Shown here: piece by piece, positions 1-13,962 of the stretch
Position numbering within the stretch: position 1 is the first letter of the stretch
Layout of the letters: every line of letters begins with the position of its first letter
Assembly: GCA_965153455.1 (NCBI GenBank)
Contig: OZ234494.1
Location: 7,068,001-7,132,000 of the forward strand
Direction of reading: 5' to 3'
Source of the DNA: Sphagnum compactum
Taxonomy: Eukaryota
Length of the DNA: 64,000 nt
Made by a program: the position numbers and the translations under genes
Notes under the pieces: model-generated
Seen by the model: the letters and a program-made list of their open reading frames with translations, nothing else
What the model was told of the DNA's origin: nothing
Database searches by the model: none

Positions 1-825
1 TAATCCTTATGCACAGCAATCAAATATTACCAAAAAACAATAATAATGGTAATTGGTAACTTGAATATTAATTTAACAAGGAACTTGATAATAAGGTTTT
101 AAACTTTTAAAATTTGTGTTACACATGCCCTATGTGATGCAAAAACAAAAATTCACAAAAACTTGTCACCTTGGCTTACCTATTTCAAAATAGAATCAAA
201 TCAAATCAAACAACACTAGTTGAAAATTACATCCTATGAACGAAGGGCAAAAGTGTAATGGCCTAATGTCAAAATATTACTTAATGTAAAAAACGAGATA
301 GTACTTGTCCAAATGTGCTTTGAATGTGAATGGAATCGTTATATGATGCGAAAAATAAATTTGCACACATGTGTACTTTGCATAGAGTAAAATTTGTCGT
401 TGAATGCAACCTTCAACTACATTTTTAAAAATGCAATGATTGTTTTATAAGTTAGCAAAAAAATCAAATTCTACTAGCATCATAAACTTCCAATATCAAG
501 AAATTTCAAAAGAATTCATGTGAAGATTGTAAAACATAATTTTTATACAAAATCCGTAGGCTTCAAAGTGTAGAAATGGCATGATATATGTATGATGTGT
601 CTTTTGTACATACGATGTCTTAATGTGAAGTATGTGCGATTTACATTTTAATTAAATTTGTGTAATTATTGTGATTTAATAAATTGCATGTGATTTTTCT
701 GTATTAAACGTGAACATTCACAGATGACATTCAGAAGTAATCTTTCATTTGTTTGAAAATTTAAAATATTGAATACGTACTCCACTCTTATGGAGTAGGT
801 GTTAGATCCCATCCTCTCTTGCTAA

Positions 826-1278
826 AGGTGCATTTACACTTGGTGTTAGGGATTCTAGTGTTGAGTCTCGTAACACCATGCTAGTCATTTAGGACTTACA
901 CCTACTTACCATGAACATTTTATGTTAAGTTAACATTCACTTAACATTAAACGATCGGCTATTTTACATTGGGTGCCACCTAGGATGTTGCTTAGATTTT
1001 CATTTAACACTAGCTTAACATCAACTGTGAATGCACCATAAGAGGGATATTCATGGATATAATGTGTCCCCCAAATGCACCTAGGGAAATTTTCCAAGTG
1101 TCTTCTTATCAAATTAAGGCCCGTGTGGTGTAGCATACTGGTCACTTGTTTATCATTAAGATGTTAAACTAACATTCACTTAACATTAAACTATCGCCCA
1201 TTCAACATTGAGTGCCACTTAAGGATGCCACCTACATATTGAGTTAACATTGATTTAACATCAAGTGTGAATGCACCA
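826..1278. mobile_element. PIF/Harbinger-like MITE with a duplicated right end
   Basis: The left end ggtgcatttacacttggtgtta (827-) is the inverted repeat of ttaacatcaagtgtgaatgcacc (ends 1277) and of a second copy ending 1037. Segments ~922-1042 and ~1161-1282 are direct copies. TAA lies at the flanks. Confidence 0.55.
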
Positions 1279-4200
1279 TAAGTTGTCCTTTTATCCACAA
1301 TTGTGTTACAATCTATCTTTAACGGATTTTGTATGATTGTACCTTCAACTAACAACTAATGTTATTTGTTGAGAATTGCTAGGTGTTAAATTAAATCTCG
1401 TGAGAGCAAGTGGGACCCAAAAAGAAAATTGACCTAACCTTGTTGAAACTTTTAACATTGCCAAATTTTGCAAGAAATGAAAACCTATTCTTATTGATTA
1501 ATTTAATAATTTAAACCATCTTCACTATTGCATTATATTTGGGTGATATCAATATTTATTACATCCAAATAAAATGTTGAAAATTTGCCTTTTCTCACCC
1601 ATAAATAAGAGATATTGAACATTATATATTGAAGAAGGATTTACATGTTCACAAGTGGACCAATCATTGTGATTAGCCAATTAGTAATATTCAATGTGTG
1701 ACCAATAAATGCAATAAATCAAGTAACTAGTCCTCCCCCCCCCCCCCCCCCCCAATATTTGCATTCACCCATTGCAAATTTGATCAAAATGCTATTGCAA
1801 ATTGATATTTACAATAACTTGGTGTAGCGGTAATCCAAAATTTGGCATATAAGTCTTATTAGTGGAAATGTTTTTAGCCCACTCCATTTGGATACCACAA
1901 TATATGCAACATATCTGAAAGACCTTGTATACTTTATAAATGACTAGATCAAAATGCTAAAATATGCAAATTGGGGTTGTTGGACAAATTTTTTAATATA
2001 ATGTCCATTTTTTCAAACCCTTTTTTGTGTTTATTTTTCAATTCCAAAAATTTCAATTTTAATATATAATATATTCTAAAACAATTATTCATGCATTTGA
2101 ATGTGCAAAGATTTAACCCTCACGATGATCATGGTCAAACTTGCCTGATGGAATAATTCATAATAAATATAAACATAACTTGAATCATCTATGAACTTTT
2201 TGGCTATTTGGTCAAGGTGTCATATTGATTGAAAATTTTACTTTCAAAAATCACATCATACCGGACACCACAATCAAAATTATCAACACTAACAATTATC
2301 TTGCCTTTTTAGATTACAACAATAAACACCATTGTAAAACACCAAGATCAACAAAACTTACCTCAAAGTTTGTTCTCTTGATTTATCTAGAGTCTATGGC
2401 TTCAATCCATGTACATTTGTGCACCCTAATTTTTTGAGATACGAAACTTTGTTAATTATCTTAGTAGGTGTCATATTAGTTAACTTTAGGTTAGAAACAA
2501 CATGATGAACTTTTCTTCAAAGACACTAGTCAATTCAAAACCTCTCCAAATTCAAATGTGTAAATTGCAATCTATTCAATGTTGATTATCTTCACATTCA
2601 TTTTAGATTTATAATGTGAAATAAGTTCAATTGAGAAACATTGTCCCCAAGAAATTGTTTCAAAAACACCAAATTTTCATAAAGTTAAGAACTAAATTAA
2701 CAAACAACAACCTGGCCCTTAATCAAACATTTTTTTCCAAGCTTCACATGCAAAATTTTGTGGCACTTGTAGTCAAAGTTTAAACATTGTGTGCAAACAA
2801 TTATTTGAAATTCCTACAACTATTATTGATCATTGGGTGGTTTCAATTTTTTGAAAATCGCCAAATCTAGTCCTATGTGAAATTGAGAATGAAAAAAATT
2901 GTATGTTTTGCTTTTTCCCATCTAAAAAGGCCACCCAATTTTGAATATTTAAAAATTTTATTATGTTCAATTCCTTGCATAAACAATTATTGCTTCATAT
3001 ATAACAATTAAACACATACATTGCTTCCAAAATTTTATTATACCTATCAAATGAAAAATAATATGCATGAAACCCCCAAATAGTCAATATCTAATTAGTT
3101 TACAAATATTTACAAACATAATTGATTGTGTGTTTCAAAGACTTGAAAATTCAAAAGACTTGTCAAACTATTCTTTTAAGACTTAGTTTACATTGGTTTC
3201 ACCTTTGATAAATTTTGTCATGTTACATGAAAAATTATCTTTAAATCTAAGGTCATAAGGCCAAGCAATCAATGAATAAACCAATTAAAGACTTTTGAAA
3301 CAACAACGGTGTAGCATCAATGACAACATGTCATGAGGTTTCCTTTGGTCATTTTTTTTAGTGAAAATGAAAGAAAAAGGATCTAGAAATGACACAACTT
3401 GCTTTTTCATGTCCACACAAGATTTTTCAACTTGAAACAAATATTCCGAATTCATCACCTATCCCATGTCATAAAAAATGATGAGATCGAGCAATTTTAC
3501 ATGAAATTTCAAGCTCATAAATATTGGAACTTGCAAAGCAACATTTAAAAACCAATGGCCATCTGCTTGTTTTCAGAATAAAATAAAACTATATAATGTT
3601 CACCATAGTTTTAATAAGGTGTCATGCCAAAGGTGGAAAAACATGATGAATGTTTGAATATTTTGTCTTGAAGTTTATGCATTTCCAATTATAGAGCTTG
3701 AAAGTATATTTTTTAATATTTTAGACTTACTTATGATATAATCATTTTTAAACATTTAATCAATTAATCCATTATAAAATTTCCCAAACAATTATTTTTT
3801 GTTAAGGAATGGGTAGAATGTAGATTAAATAAAAATTATATATAAACTTTTCAAATCAATGACACAGTAGACAATGTTATGTAAGTATGTATACTTTTCT
3901 TTCAGAGATGGTCACAAATTGACATTACAACATTGCACGACTCAAGAACCCAAGACTGAAATAATCAAAAAATAAATTGAAAAATGAACTTAAATTTATA
4001 TTTTTTAAAGTAAAATTTGGATTAAAACAAAATTTCAAAGGTCAAGTTTTATTTTATTTTAAATAATTCACTAATGGAAATTTGCAAATCATATTATGAT
4101 TTTTTGATAAGATTAAGACAATAGTTTGTAGTAGAAACAAAAGTAAATAAGAAGTTGACTAAATTCAATGGAAAGGTTGTAAAAGGGTTGAATTAAAATG

Positions 4201-7200
4201 GACATATTAAAGAGTTAAGATACTAGTTCATAAGTTTAAAATGTAATTAAATTAGCTAGTGTGTAATAAACTAATTAAAAAAATTGTAATATGAAGTCAA
4301 GTATAATTAATTCAACAAATCTCAAAAGAAAACCAAATTCACTCTATCATTTCCAACCCAAATTACTTTATAATGTAAAAATGCTTTATTAAATTACAAA
4401 TTTCATCGTAAGACAAGCTTTGTAATACAACAAAGACATTTAAAAAAAATAAAAATGCTAGAACTATTGTTGTTTCCATTCATTTGCTCTAATGCAAGAC
4501 TTCTAAACTTGTAAATTAGAACATTAAAAAAAAATGAATGCATAAAAATTAAACAAGTAATTGCAAGCTTCAAAGAAAAATAAATTGTGCAAACAACATG
4601 GGGAGACATTATGTGTTTATTTATTTTTATACATGTGTCAAAGAAAATATTGTTTGGGGGTTATTATGTGAGGGGTTATTAAAAAAATTCCCACCCTAAT
4701 ATTATTATCTAAAATTTTGATATCCACATCTTGAAATCACCTTAAAAGTATTTTTAATTAAAAGCGTGAGAAATGATTTATGAAAGAATGTGATTGTGCT
4801 AACTTACAAACATCATGCATGAAATTTGCTTAAATTTAATTCTAGAAACACATCAATAAACATTTCAATACCAAGTCACATTGTAAGCGATGAAGATCAT
4901 GTTTGGCACCCATAAAATCATTATAAATAGTGAACATATCATTTGTTTTCATGGAAAAAAAACTACAAGAAAAAAATGAAACTTTAAGATGTTAAAACCA
5001 AAGTGAATAAAAATAGGTATTTAATGTGGCTAATGTCATTTTTAAAATTGGAAGTCTTAAAAGGAAAACCCACAAAATTTAAATGAATTACCCATGTAAA
5101 GCTTTCAAAAAATATGCTTTTGGGACAAAGAAATTGAAAACTAAACAAAAATTGCAACTCATAAGACTTATGAAAATATGGTGAAATTTTAACCATTCAA
5201 AGGTATCTAATTATTAATAATAGTTTTCAAAAAAAAGACTCCTCATATGAATTTATCATCTTGTATTACATCATATATTGAGTCCCAATAACAAATTTGG
5301 AATGTGAATCAATATAATTTTTTTCATTTTGTGATAGTATAATGAGACAACTAGTTCATATTTTTGGACTTCAAAAGTCCATTACTACTAACAAATGAGT
5401 TTTTGATCAATAAATAACCACACAGTTCTCTTCATAATGAACTTGTTAGTTTAGATCTAAGTCCCAACTAGTAGATCTAAGGATATATTAATCACCATAT
5501 GCATTTGAATAAAAGGTACCTAGGAAAAAAACACCATTTTGTCACAACAATGAGACATTTGATGGTGCATCTACCCCCAAGCATGCATTGGACCAAGTTG
5601 TTACATGTGAACCTTCATTAATTCCTTGTCCTAACCAAGTAAATATCATAACAAATTAGTGCTACCTCCTCTAATTATATTAGTTATATTTAAAATTTTG
5701 AAAATAAATATGATCCCATTTTTAAAATGATTGAATTATAATTCTTACCCAACAACTAATATATGGGATCCTACCTATATTTCTATTGATCTTGTTTTCA
5801 ATTATATAAAAATGTGCCCCTAAAGCAAATTGGTGAAAACATGGTAAATTACACAAAAAGTAGTGTAAGGAAAAAAATTTGGGGTCTTTATATAAAAGGA
5901 CTAACAAGTAGATGATTTTATGAAGATAATAACAATATTTTTGGGTACATTATTTCTTAACTTGTGTTTGCATGAACTTCAAAAGCTAAATGGTTATAAT
6001 TATGTTTTTTTACATTACTTGCAAGTATTTGAATTGGAACAAAAATTTGTGACAATTTGAACAAAAAAGTTCAAGTACTTGAAAGTAGGTGAATTTTTTT
6101 TGCAAATGTTTGGTTTTTTTTCATGCACCTCAATATTGATGTGGTGTACATTCCAATACATATTTTTTGGTAAATGGAGTTTGTTTTTCATAACTGAAAT
6201 CATACCCAACCCTTTAAAAATGACAAAATTGTTGGGGATATTTTTGGGGTACTTTTTCAAATCCAAAAGATATAACACAAATTGTTTTGAGAAGCTAGGA
6301 CGCTAGAGATGCCCATTAAAAAACTAAAATTTTCATTTGTGTTGAAATGCTAAAGGAAGGTTAAAAGTTTTTAAAATTAATTTTTGGGTGTTTTCAAGTA
6401 GAAAACAAGGTAGCAAGTATGTACAACTTGTTTGCACCCAAATGGAAACAAAAATTGAAATCATGATGTAAGTCAAATATAAAACAAACACATTATAGAA
6501 GTGAAAATCTAAGGGGAAACAAAAGGTGTATTCAAAAATTATGTGAAATCAAATATCTGGTCCCATTTATAATTGTGATGTAAAAAGCATAAAATTATTG
6601 GTTAAAGAAACAATAATGTTAATTCAATTATAGTTTGTAATAACGTAGTGTATTGTTTTGTCCTCAATATTGGTTTTCCATTAAGGGTATTATGAAAAAT
6701 AACATGTACGTTAAGCGTTAAAACATGGTTAGGGTACCAAAAATGACTATTTCTTTTTATATCCAGTGGACCCCTTCACTTAAACATGTTGTAACTTAAT
6801 GACACATTTGTATTGAACAATTTTTTTTTCATAGATAGATACATTAATAAGGTACTATTTTATGGATAACACATCAAATTTGAACAAGTTTCAAGATTCT
6901 TGCCAAGTCAAGGAAAAAAAATCAAGACTTTGTCACTTAAAAAAAAAAGTTCAAGGACTCATAAGGAATGTCTAAACAAATTTTTCGGCCTAAGATTTTT
7001 ACCACAAACACCTTAGGTGTTAATGTACATAAAATGTATGAATGTGACAAAAACCAAGTGCCCTATTGCAATGTAAAAAGTTTCAAAAAATGAAATTTTT
7101 GAAATTTTTGGGCCATTGATATAACATGGCCCACATTGGATTAATTTTATTATTTTTAAATTCATAAGTGAAAAAAATAGATATTTTAGATGCCAATATA

Positions 7201-8699
7201 AACCTGGAGCAAAATTATTCCATTTAACATGAGAAAAAAGGGAAATCCAAAACAAGTTATAAGAAAAATGAAGAAAAAGATGAATTTGAAAGTCCTAGGA
7301 ATGAGTCTTTATGTTTCAAAGGGGATACCCCAATCATGCATTATTCCACCTAATTAAGCTGTTGTTGAGTCAAATATTTATAATCAAGCTTCACCATTGT
7401 CTTTACAGCCTTATATGCATTGATGATTAGAAACAAATCATGAATATTTCAAAAAAATATACCCATAAATGGTAATTGAACCATGGCATAAGCCAAAACT
7501 TGAACCAACCAGCAATGCCTGCGTAATAGATGATCACGAGTGGATCCACCTACCCTGAAAGTAAACAATATAACATCCAAGTTGGGGTTTTCATTCAAGG
7601 CTTTTCACTAAAGCAAACATTTTTCAAGTCAAAAGTCAAAAGCACCAAACCATTTGTCCTATCCCCGATGAAGGTCAATCTCAAAATGGTTACAAAGTTA
7701 AGGTTATAAGCTTCAATTCAACATTGCAAACATAACCATTTGTAAGTTGGGTAGCTATTCTATAAATTATACATCAAATAAAAAGGAATGAATTATCACT
7801 TGTGACACATCCCCATTTATAAGCTTTGTGTGATTCAAGTGACTTGAGCTCATAGAATATGTTGAATACTTGTTCAACAAAGACCTAGATTTTGGAGAAA
7901 AAAAGAAATGAACCAGAGCCAAATAGAAAGGCCCATGGCTGTAGTGGACAAATTAGTTTCTACATTAGAATTCAAGCAATAATGATTTTGGCAATTTCCC
8001 ATTATTTTGTTCAACTACACACATTGTTCACCAAGATCATTTACAATTTCAATGAAGCTCAAAGGCTAACATTGTTCACTTATGATGTTTTTTTAGTGAC
8101 TGCATAGAAAACGAATTCTATTGTAAGGAGTGGAGGGTTATAATTCACACCTTTTGTAGGGAAGAAATGGTGGGAATGGATGCCCAGGCAAATTGGCACA
8201 ATGATTTTTTTTCCACAATAGCAAAATTCTAATGTTTTTTAGTTTTTCAGTTGCAAAATCTTGCGAAATAAAATTTAATTTTCTTAAAAATCTTTAGATT
8301 CTATCTTAATTATTGCTAGTAGGTAGTTAAAAACAAGTAGCTCATTGTGTAATGGCTTTGCCTTTCATTATATATTGATGCAAAATCATCATGGACAATG
8401 AAATTGTGTTACATGGTTAGGTAATTTCAATGCAAAATGAATATGTTTGTGATATGTCCAAAAGGCTTCAATTGTTCATGATATGCATTGTTCACATGGA
8501 CCGTTTGACCAAATATTATGTAGTTGCGACCCATACATATATTGTGGTACTTTGTTGAAATTGAAGTTTCATTTTATTCACATTCACAAATTGGAATATG
8601 TTATTTCTATATTTTGTTTTTGGAGGACATCAACATTGAAATCACTTAAAATAATTGTGGGATAAATGGTGGAAGAATTTGATATACGTTTGTGAAAGG

Positions 8700-9880
8700 T
8701 GGACAAAAATGTCATTAATGATAAATATGGGGGCTTATAAACTACAATGATGTGAATTGCTCAACAAGTATTTTTATTAAAAATGGCAATTATAAAGTTT
8801 GCTCCATAATTTGTAATGGATTCACTTGAATCAAGTATAATAGTTTTATCATATAATAACATAGTTCCTTGGCTTCCATGAATTTCAATTGATGTGTATT
8901 TTGGATGGTTTGTGTATGGATGTGAAATATAATGTTACATTGTGACCCTTGTGTCATTTAAGCATAAAATATGAGATGTTTGCAAATTGTGACCTGTTTT
9001 AATATTTTCAAAATGAAGTGATAAACATCTTATGTTTAAGATTGAATTATGGTGTGTATTTTTCTAAAAGGTTGTAAAGATGAAATACATAATTGCCATT
9101 GAGCTGTTATTTTTAGTTGTTGCATTTTGTTTGAAACACATTTATCAACTTTAAAATTAACATCAATTAATGGTGTAAGTAAAAAAATAAAAAATTCCTT
9201 ACACAAGATAATGTTATATAAGTGAGGCCATGATGATGAACTCTATTGGGATCAAATGTTAAATAGTCAAGAATCAAACCTTGAGAGCGATGAATTGTAT
9301 GAGCTATAGCTGGTTATATTGGGTATCCAATGTTTTGGAATGTTGGTTGTGTATAATTATTAATTTCATATCCTTGTTGCAGAACTTGCTTTGGGTTTAT
9401 TAATAGTAATCCATATGAGGGATTCACTATCATGTAATTTGGAGGTTTATTGAAAAACCTTGTTAGCCCCATTGAATAAGCCATCATGGGTGGCATAATT
9501 ACCAGCACATAATTTTACTAGCATACCAATTTTGATTTGGATATTTGAATGCAAACTAGTTGTTTGTGATAGGTCATTTTTAAATCTGAAATGTTTAGGG
9601 CATGTATCATGTTGTTGTTCATTAACTACAAAAATAGATTTTTGTCCTTTTGTATTTTCAAAAACAAAATTGTTGTATTCTCTTGTTGATTTGTTTGTAT
9701 AGTACATGTAAAGGAAGTGCAGTTCATTTGGAGGTTGGTGTAAGCATGTGTTATTAAGGAAGGTAATGTAGGATTGTGGGTTGTAGTTCGAAAACTATTG
9801 AGGACTTCAATAAATTGGTCATCACTTTGACGCATGACTTGGAGGAGATCAAAACAATGAATACGATCTAACCAAAAGAT
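8700..9880 (-). mobile_element. Helitron PIF1-like helicase remnant
   Basis: Frameshifted fragments MRQSDDQFIEVLNSFRT, IKIGMLVKLCAGNYATHDGLFNGA and a degenerate 'ARTIHRSQGL..DYL.FDP' motif near 9250-9310. Confidence 0.7.
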
Positions 9881-9929
9881 AATCCCTAGGGCTAATTTTT
9901 GAAAGATTTTAAATAAATGGTAAGAAAAT

Positions 9930-10200
9930 TAAGTGTCTTCTTCAATGGTGGCAAAAATATGAATCTATTTTTTCCCCTATTGGTCTTTTTATTTAATAAA
10001 TATTGAAAATTACTGGATCAACCTCGAGATGTTGTTTATAATAAATTTGTTAGTAAGAATTGATTTAATGATCCAAGAGGTGGTTGCAAATCTCTTTGTA
10101 ATCTAGTAGAGTTTAATTAAAATGGATGAACACTTAGAAAACAAGTTAGAAAAATTTGAAGATGAATTTGAGTGGGATGAAATTTGAAATTAAAAAAACT
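9930..10200 (+). mobile_element. hAT transposase C-terminal (dimerisation domain) remnant
   Basis: Degenerate LQWWQKYESIF...ILKITGS...NDPRGGCKS resembles the hAT C-terminus at 36050-36270. Confidence 0.4.
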
Positions 10201-10528
10201 TCAATTTATGCATTTTCATCATACTTTTGCCAGTAATTTTTATTTTTGATTTTTAATTATAAAATTAATATAATATTTTAAAAATGTTGATTAAAGATTT
10301 ATACTCCATCATCTGGTTTATATAGCCAGATTTGGCTAATTTTTCCTTAGGGATGATCATTAATTTTTCTGACCGCGCCGCACAAATTCGCCAAAAAGAA
10401 AATACGGCGAGTCGTGAGGATTTTTTTTTTGGGGGGGAAAAACGCTATCTTGCGTACGTTCTCATACAGTTGGAGAGTATATGGAACGAAGGGAACGAAG
10501 GGAAACAGAAGTGGGAACAAAGAAGCCG

Positions 10529-11130
10529 GAACCCTAGAAAGAGCGCTCAGCTCCCATATGCTGTCTACTTTCTCCCAAGCGGCGTCTCTCTCCGTAGAGC
10601 GAGCTTCCGCCGCCTGCAACGATGGTATGCACTTCGACTTCCTTATGTATCGATTCTGGCTTCTGCTCTGCTGTATTTTGTTCTGTTTCTCTTCTTTTTC
10701 TCTCTTTCTAGTTTACAGATTTGTGTTTGCTTGGTTTCAATTAAATCGGCGTTCCTCTTTCGTTTAGGGTTTCGGGAGCTTATGTGGGCGCTGCGTATTG
10801 CTTGTGTTATTTTTTTTCCTTTGGTTTTTGGGAAATGCCTGTCGAATCTTGGTTTCACAGACAGCGTCCGTGCTTTTGTTCAGTCGTGGAATGTCGTGTT
10901 TTTCTATCGTTGGAATGGCTAGCAAATCTGTAATGTTGTAGAAAGACTGACGGAGGGCAGTGCCACAGGTGAAGTACGCGCGTGAACCTGACAATCCCAC
11001 AAAGGGTAAGCATTGCACTCTTTGAATCGTGTTTTTATTAATTTTGCTGCGAATATGAAGCGGGCAGATTCTTTTGGGTTTAGGATTCATTCGAAGAAGC
11101 TGCGCTTTTTTTTTGTGGTCTTTAGGGTTT
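10529..11130. promoter_or_regulatory. Telo-box-like motifs in the RPL17 promoter and first introns
   Basis: aaccctag at ~10530; tttagggttt (AAACCCTAAA on the - strand) at ~10763 and ~11121. Telo boxes are typical of plant ribosomal-protein genes. Confidence 0.55.
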
Positions 11131-12472
11131 TGGATTGGCTAGATGAAGCATGTGCTTTATTTGAGGTCTTTTCTGGTTGAGTTTCTCTTGAAGAAGTGAT
11201 CCGCCAATGTGCATCTTGATGCCAGCTTGATCTGTGTCTATCTCCCATGTGCAGCATGCAAGGCCAGAGGATCGGACTTGCGTGTGCACTTCAAGGTGTG
11301 GACTATTCACAACCCTTTTTGGTAGCTCAATGATTTGGCTGACTTGTGACATGTGCACACATCTCTGTTGTTGGATTTTCTTTTTGTTTTTGGCTAACTT
11401 CAGAGTCCTTGTGCAATTCAGAATACCAGGGAAGCAGCGCAGGCCATTAAGCACCTCGAGTTATCAAAGGCCAAGAGGTACTTGGAGGATGTGCTTGGAC
11501 ACAAACAAGCTATTCCCTTCCGCCGGTTTTGTGGTGGGGTTGGCCGCACCGCACAAGCTAAGTCACAGCACTCTAATGGACAGGGGCGGTGGCCAGTGAA
11601 GTCAGTCACGTTTCTGCTTGGCTTGTTGAAGAATGCAGAGAGCAATGCTGAGGTATTGTCTCTGTTGCCTTGAATATTTTCTGTTCATTGTTCATAATTG
11701 TGGTGCATGATATGATGTTCATTATCTTCCTAGTCATTGTCTGCTGTCATTTGGAGTGGGAGAAAAGGTGTATACACAATGCCACTTATTGCGCCTTGTT
11801 GGGCAAACTGTTCAGCTGACAAGTTTCTGGCTGCAGGTGAAAGGCCTTGATGTAGACACCCTCTTCATCTCTCACATTCAGGTCAACAAGGCACAAAAAC
11901 AGAGGCGCCGGACATACCGCGCACATGGGAGAATCAACCGTATGTCCTCTCTAAGCCCTCTTTTGTGGAGTTGGTTTTGGTGCAAGGCAATGTCTTTTGG
12001 GTGATACTGTATCTACTTGTAGATCTTGCAGGTAGTGAATTTCATAATAGTGGTCTACTGTTGAGGACATGCAGATTTTGTGGTAGATCCTAGCTGATTG
12101 CAATTTGGATCTTTTGGTACTGGTGGTGTTGCTGGTATTTTACAGCCTACATGTCATCTCCATGCCATATTGAGCTTACTCTCTCAGAGAAGGAGGTGGC
12201 TGTCAAGAAAGAGGTGAGGGTTTTGACTTGTTTTCATCTTCATAGAAGGTATCATTTGAGAACTTTGGAATCTTTTAATTGTAATCAAAGGTTTGACATG
12301 GTTGGTAGTTATTGCACTTGCACTCTCTGCCTTGTTGGACAAGTATTGCTGCATTGGTGAAATAACACTTCGATAATGTTGAATGCTGCTTCAGGTTGAA
12401 GCAGAAATAGCTCCCCGGAGGCCCCGCAAACAACAGGCTCGGTTGCGTAGTGGTGTCACATCTACTGCATAG
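10622..12472 (+). CDS. RPL17: 60S ribosomal protein L17 (uL22), 186 aa, 7 exons
   Basis: GT-AG exons at 10622-10624 (ATG), 10969-11005, 11255-11295, 11422-11652, 11837-11939, 12146-12213 and 12395-12472 join in frame (561 nt). Translation: [37 protein letters not shown]...[19 protein letters not shown]...[29 protein letters not shown]...TSTA*. Confidence 0.97.
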
Positions 12473-12960
12473 ACTGTAGCACTCTGGTGCTTGCTTGTCA
12501 ATGGGTTGACAGATTTTGACAATCTCAGAACATTTCCAAGTTTGGGCATATGCTGCCCAGTTTGTATGCAGCATTCTGTGAGGATGAAATTCTGTTCTTT
12601 ACATTTGAGATATTATTTTGTTTGTTGACAAGTTCTTTGGTTGCTTTTTAAGGTTGAACATGCTTTTGGTTGAAAGTGTGTGTTTGAGAAGACTCATGTC
12701 TAGAGTCCATGAGCAAGGAGACAGTAATGTCACAGAATTACATTCAACCACACAAGGATGTGGAGGTTTATAGATCTGCAACATTTTGCCTAATTAAGTT
12801 GTGGAAACCATTTTGTTTGTATGAGTATTTTAGGAAGTTCATTCCAGGTCTTCAGTGGACTTTATTTTTGGTTTAGTGGATTTCATGCTTTGTTTGAGAT
12901 TTTGACATCACTTTCTGCAGAGTCTATAGCAACATGAATAGCAACGTGTTGTGCATGATG

Positions 12961-13043
12961 TGGTGGCCAGTGATGACTTTAATCTTACCTACATTGCCTG
13001 AATGATGTGATGTCATCACCTTTTCGTGCTTCTGAGGCCACCA
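12961..13043 (+). ncRNA. C/D-box snoRNA, U34/snR62 homologue (25S rRNA Um guide)
   Basis: 8-bp terminal stem tggtggcc/ggccacca; C box GTGATGA 12970-12976; D' CTGA 12998-13001; C' TGATGT; D CTGA 13032-13035. The D' guide cttacctacattg is complementary to LSU rRNA CAAUGUAGGUAAG, and the +5 rule lands on the U of CAAU. Confidence 0.88.
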
Positions 13044-13164
13044 TGTTTTTGTATGTTATTCTTTGAAAGATTTTGTAGATGCTGACATCAGTGACTGATG
13101 CTTGCTGATTTTGCTGATTTTGTTTAGAATTCCATAGTCTTATGGTTTTTCTCCACTCTATACT

Positions 13165-13241
13165 GAAGGCGATGATGATTAATTACCTATTTTGTGAAGA
13201 GGTTTATCCTCAGGGATCAGAAATATTTTGAATGAGCCTTC
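13165..13241 (+). ncRNA. Candidate C/D-box snoRNA (target not recognised)
   Basis: 6-bp stem gaaggc/gccttc; C box ATGATGA 13172-13178; variant D box ATGA 13232-13235 (alternative CTGA 13241-13244). It lies inside the snoRNA cluster. Confidence 0.55.
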
Positions 13242-13879
13242 TGAAGTTGGAGATATAAGTTGCAGCTTCCTGATGATTTGACTTGTGATGACTATTATTA
13301 GATTCTAGTTTCCTGGCTCTTGATCTCTAACACGACACTGTTTTGAGTCCTTCAGTTTCCAGCATGTGACATCTGTGTTCTGACCCATGTGGGATCTGAA
13401 AACAACTTTCATATGAGGAGCTGTGCGTGTTGACCAATTAGTTGCCTCACTTCTATCAGTTTCATGTTTGGAGGTAATCATGGTCCTAATCATAATCCTG
13501 GAAATAAGTTGAATGTGTGTTTAAGGTGTACCTTGGTTGCTCTGTTCTGATGGATTATTTTCTTTTGAATTTCCTCAATGTATAGAAGGTAATTAATAGC
13601 AAATTGTGCCTTTTTTCTGATGGGCATTTTCAGGGATTTTCACGTCCGTGAGGACTGTTTACATTGGAATGTGAGTAGCAAAAAATGTTTATTGGTGGTT
13701 GTGGTCCAGCTTTTGGGCATCTACAAGTTGATCAGTGTCAGGTCTAGGTCATGCATTTATTTCTTGGACATCATTATAAGTTTGAAACCTTTTGACCATT
13801 ACTTCTTTCTCTCTTTTCAGTGCTTCTCAAGTTCTGCCTGGATGCTGATGAAAGTGTCATGTTCTCTGAGTTCATGTAG

Positions 13880-13962
13880 TTTGCCAATGGGTTGATGATA
13901 TGTTTTGCAGACTCCAGTATGATGACCAAAATACAGACTACAATTATCTGACCATTGGCAAA
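13880..13962 (+). ncRNA. C/D-box snoRNA, copy 1 (guide to 5' region of 25S rRNA, AAUUGUAGUCUG)
   Basis: 11-bp stem tttgccaatgg/ccattggcaaa; C TTGATGA 13892-13898; D' CAGA; C' ATGATGA 13919-13925; D CTGA 13948-13951; D guide cagactacaatt. Confidence 0.85.

Noticed and set aside
1735-1753. C19 homopolymer (another C-rich tract at ~30240-30260)
   Set aside because: Simple homopolymer in AT-rich TE debris, with no function evident.
10332-10922. 196-aa ORF over the RPL17 promoter and intron 1
   Set aside because: Spans promoter and T-rich intron, has no recognisable domain, and is explained by the RPL17 structure.
13265-13500. Extra TGATGA motifs and hairpins inside the snoRNA cluster
   Set aside because: No matching D box plus closing stem and no clean H/ACA layout could be established by eye.
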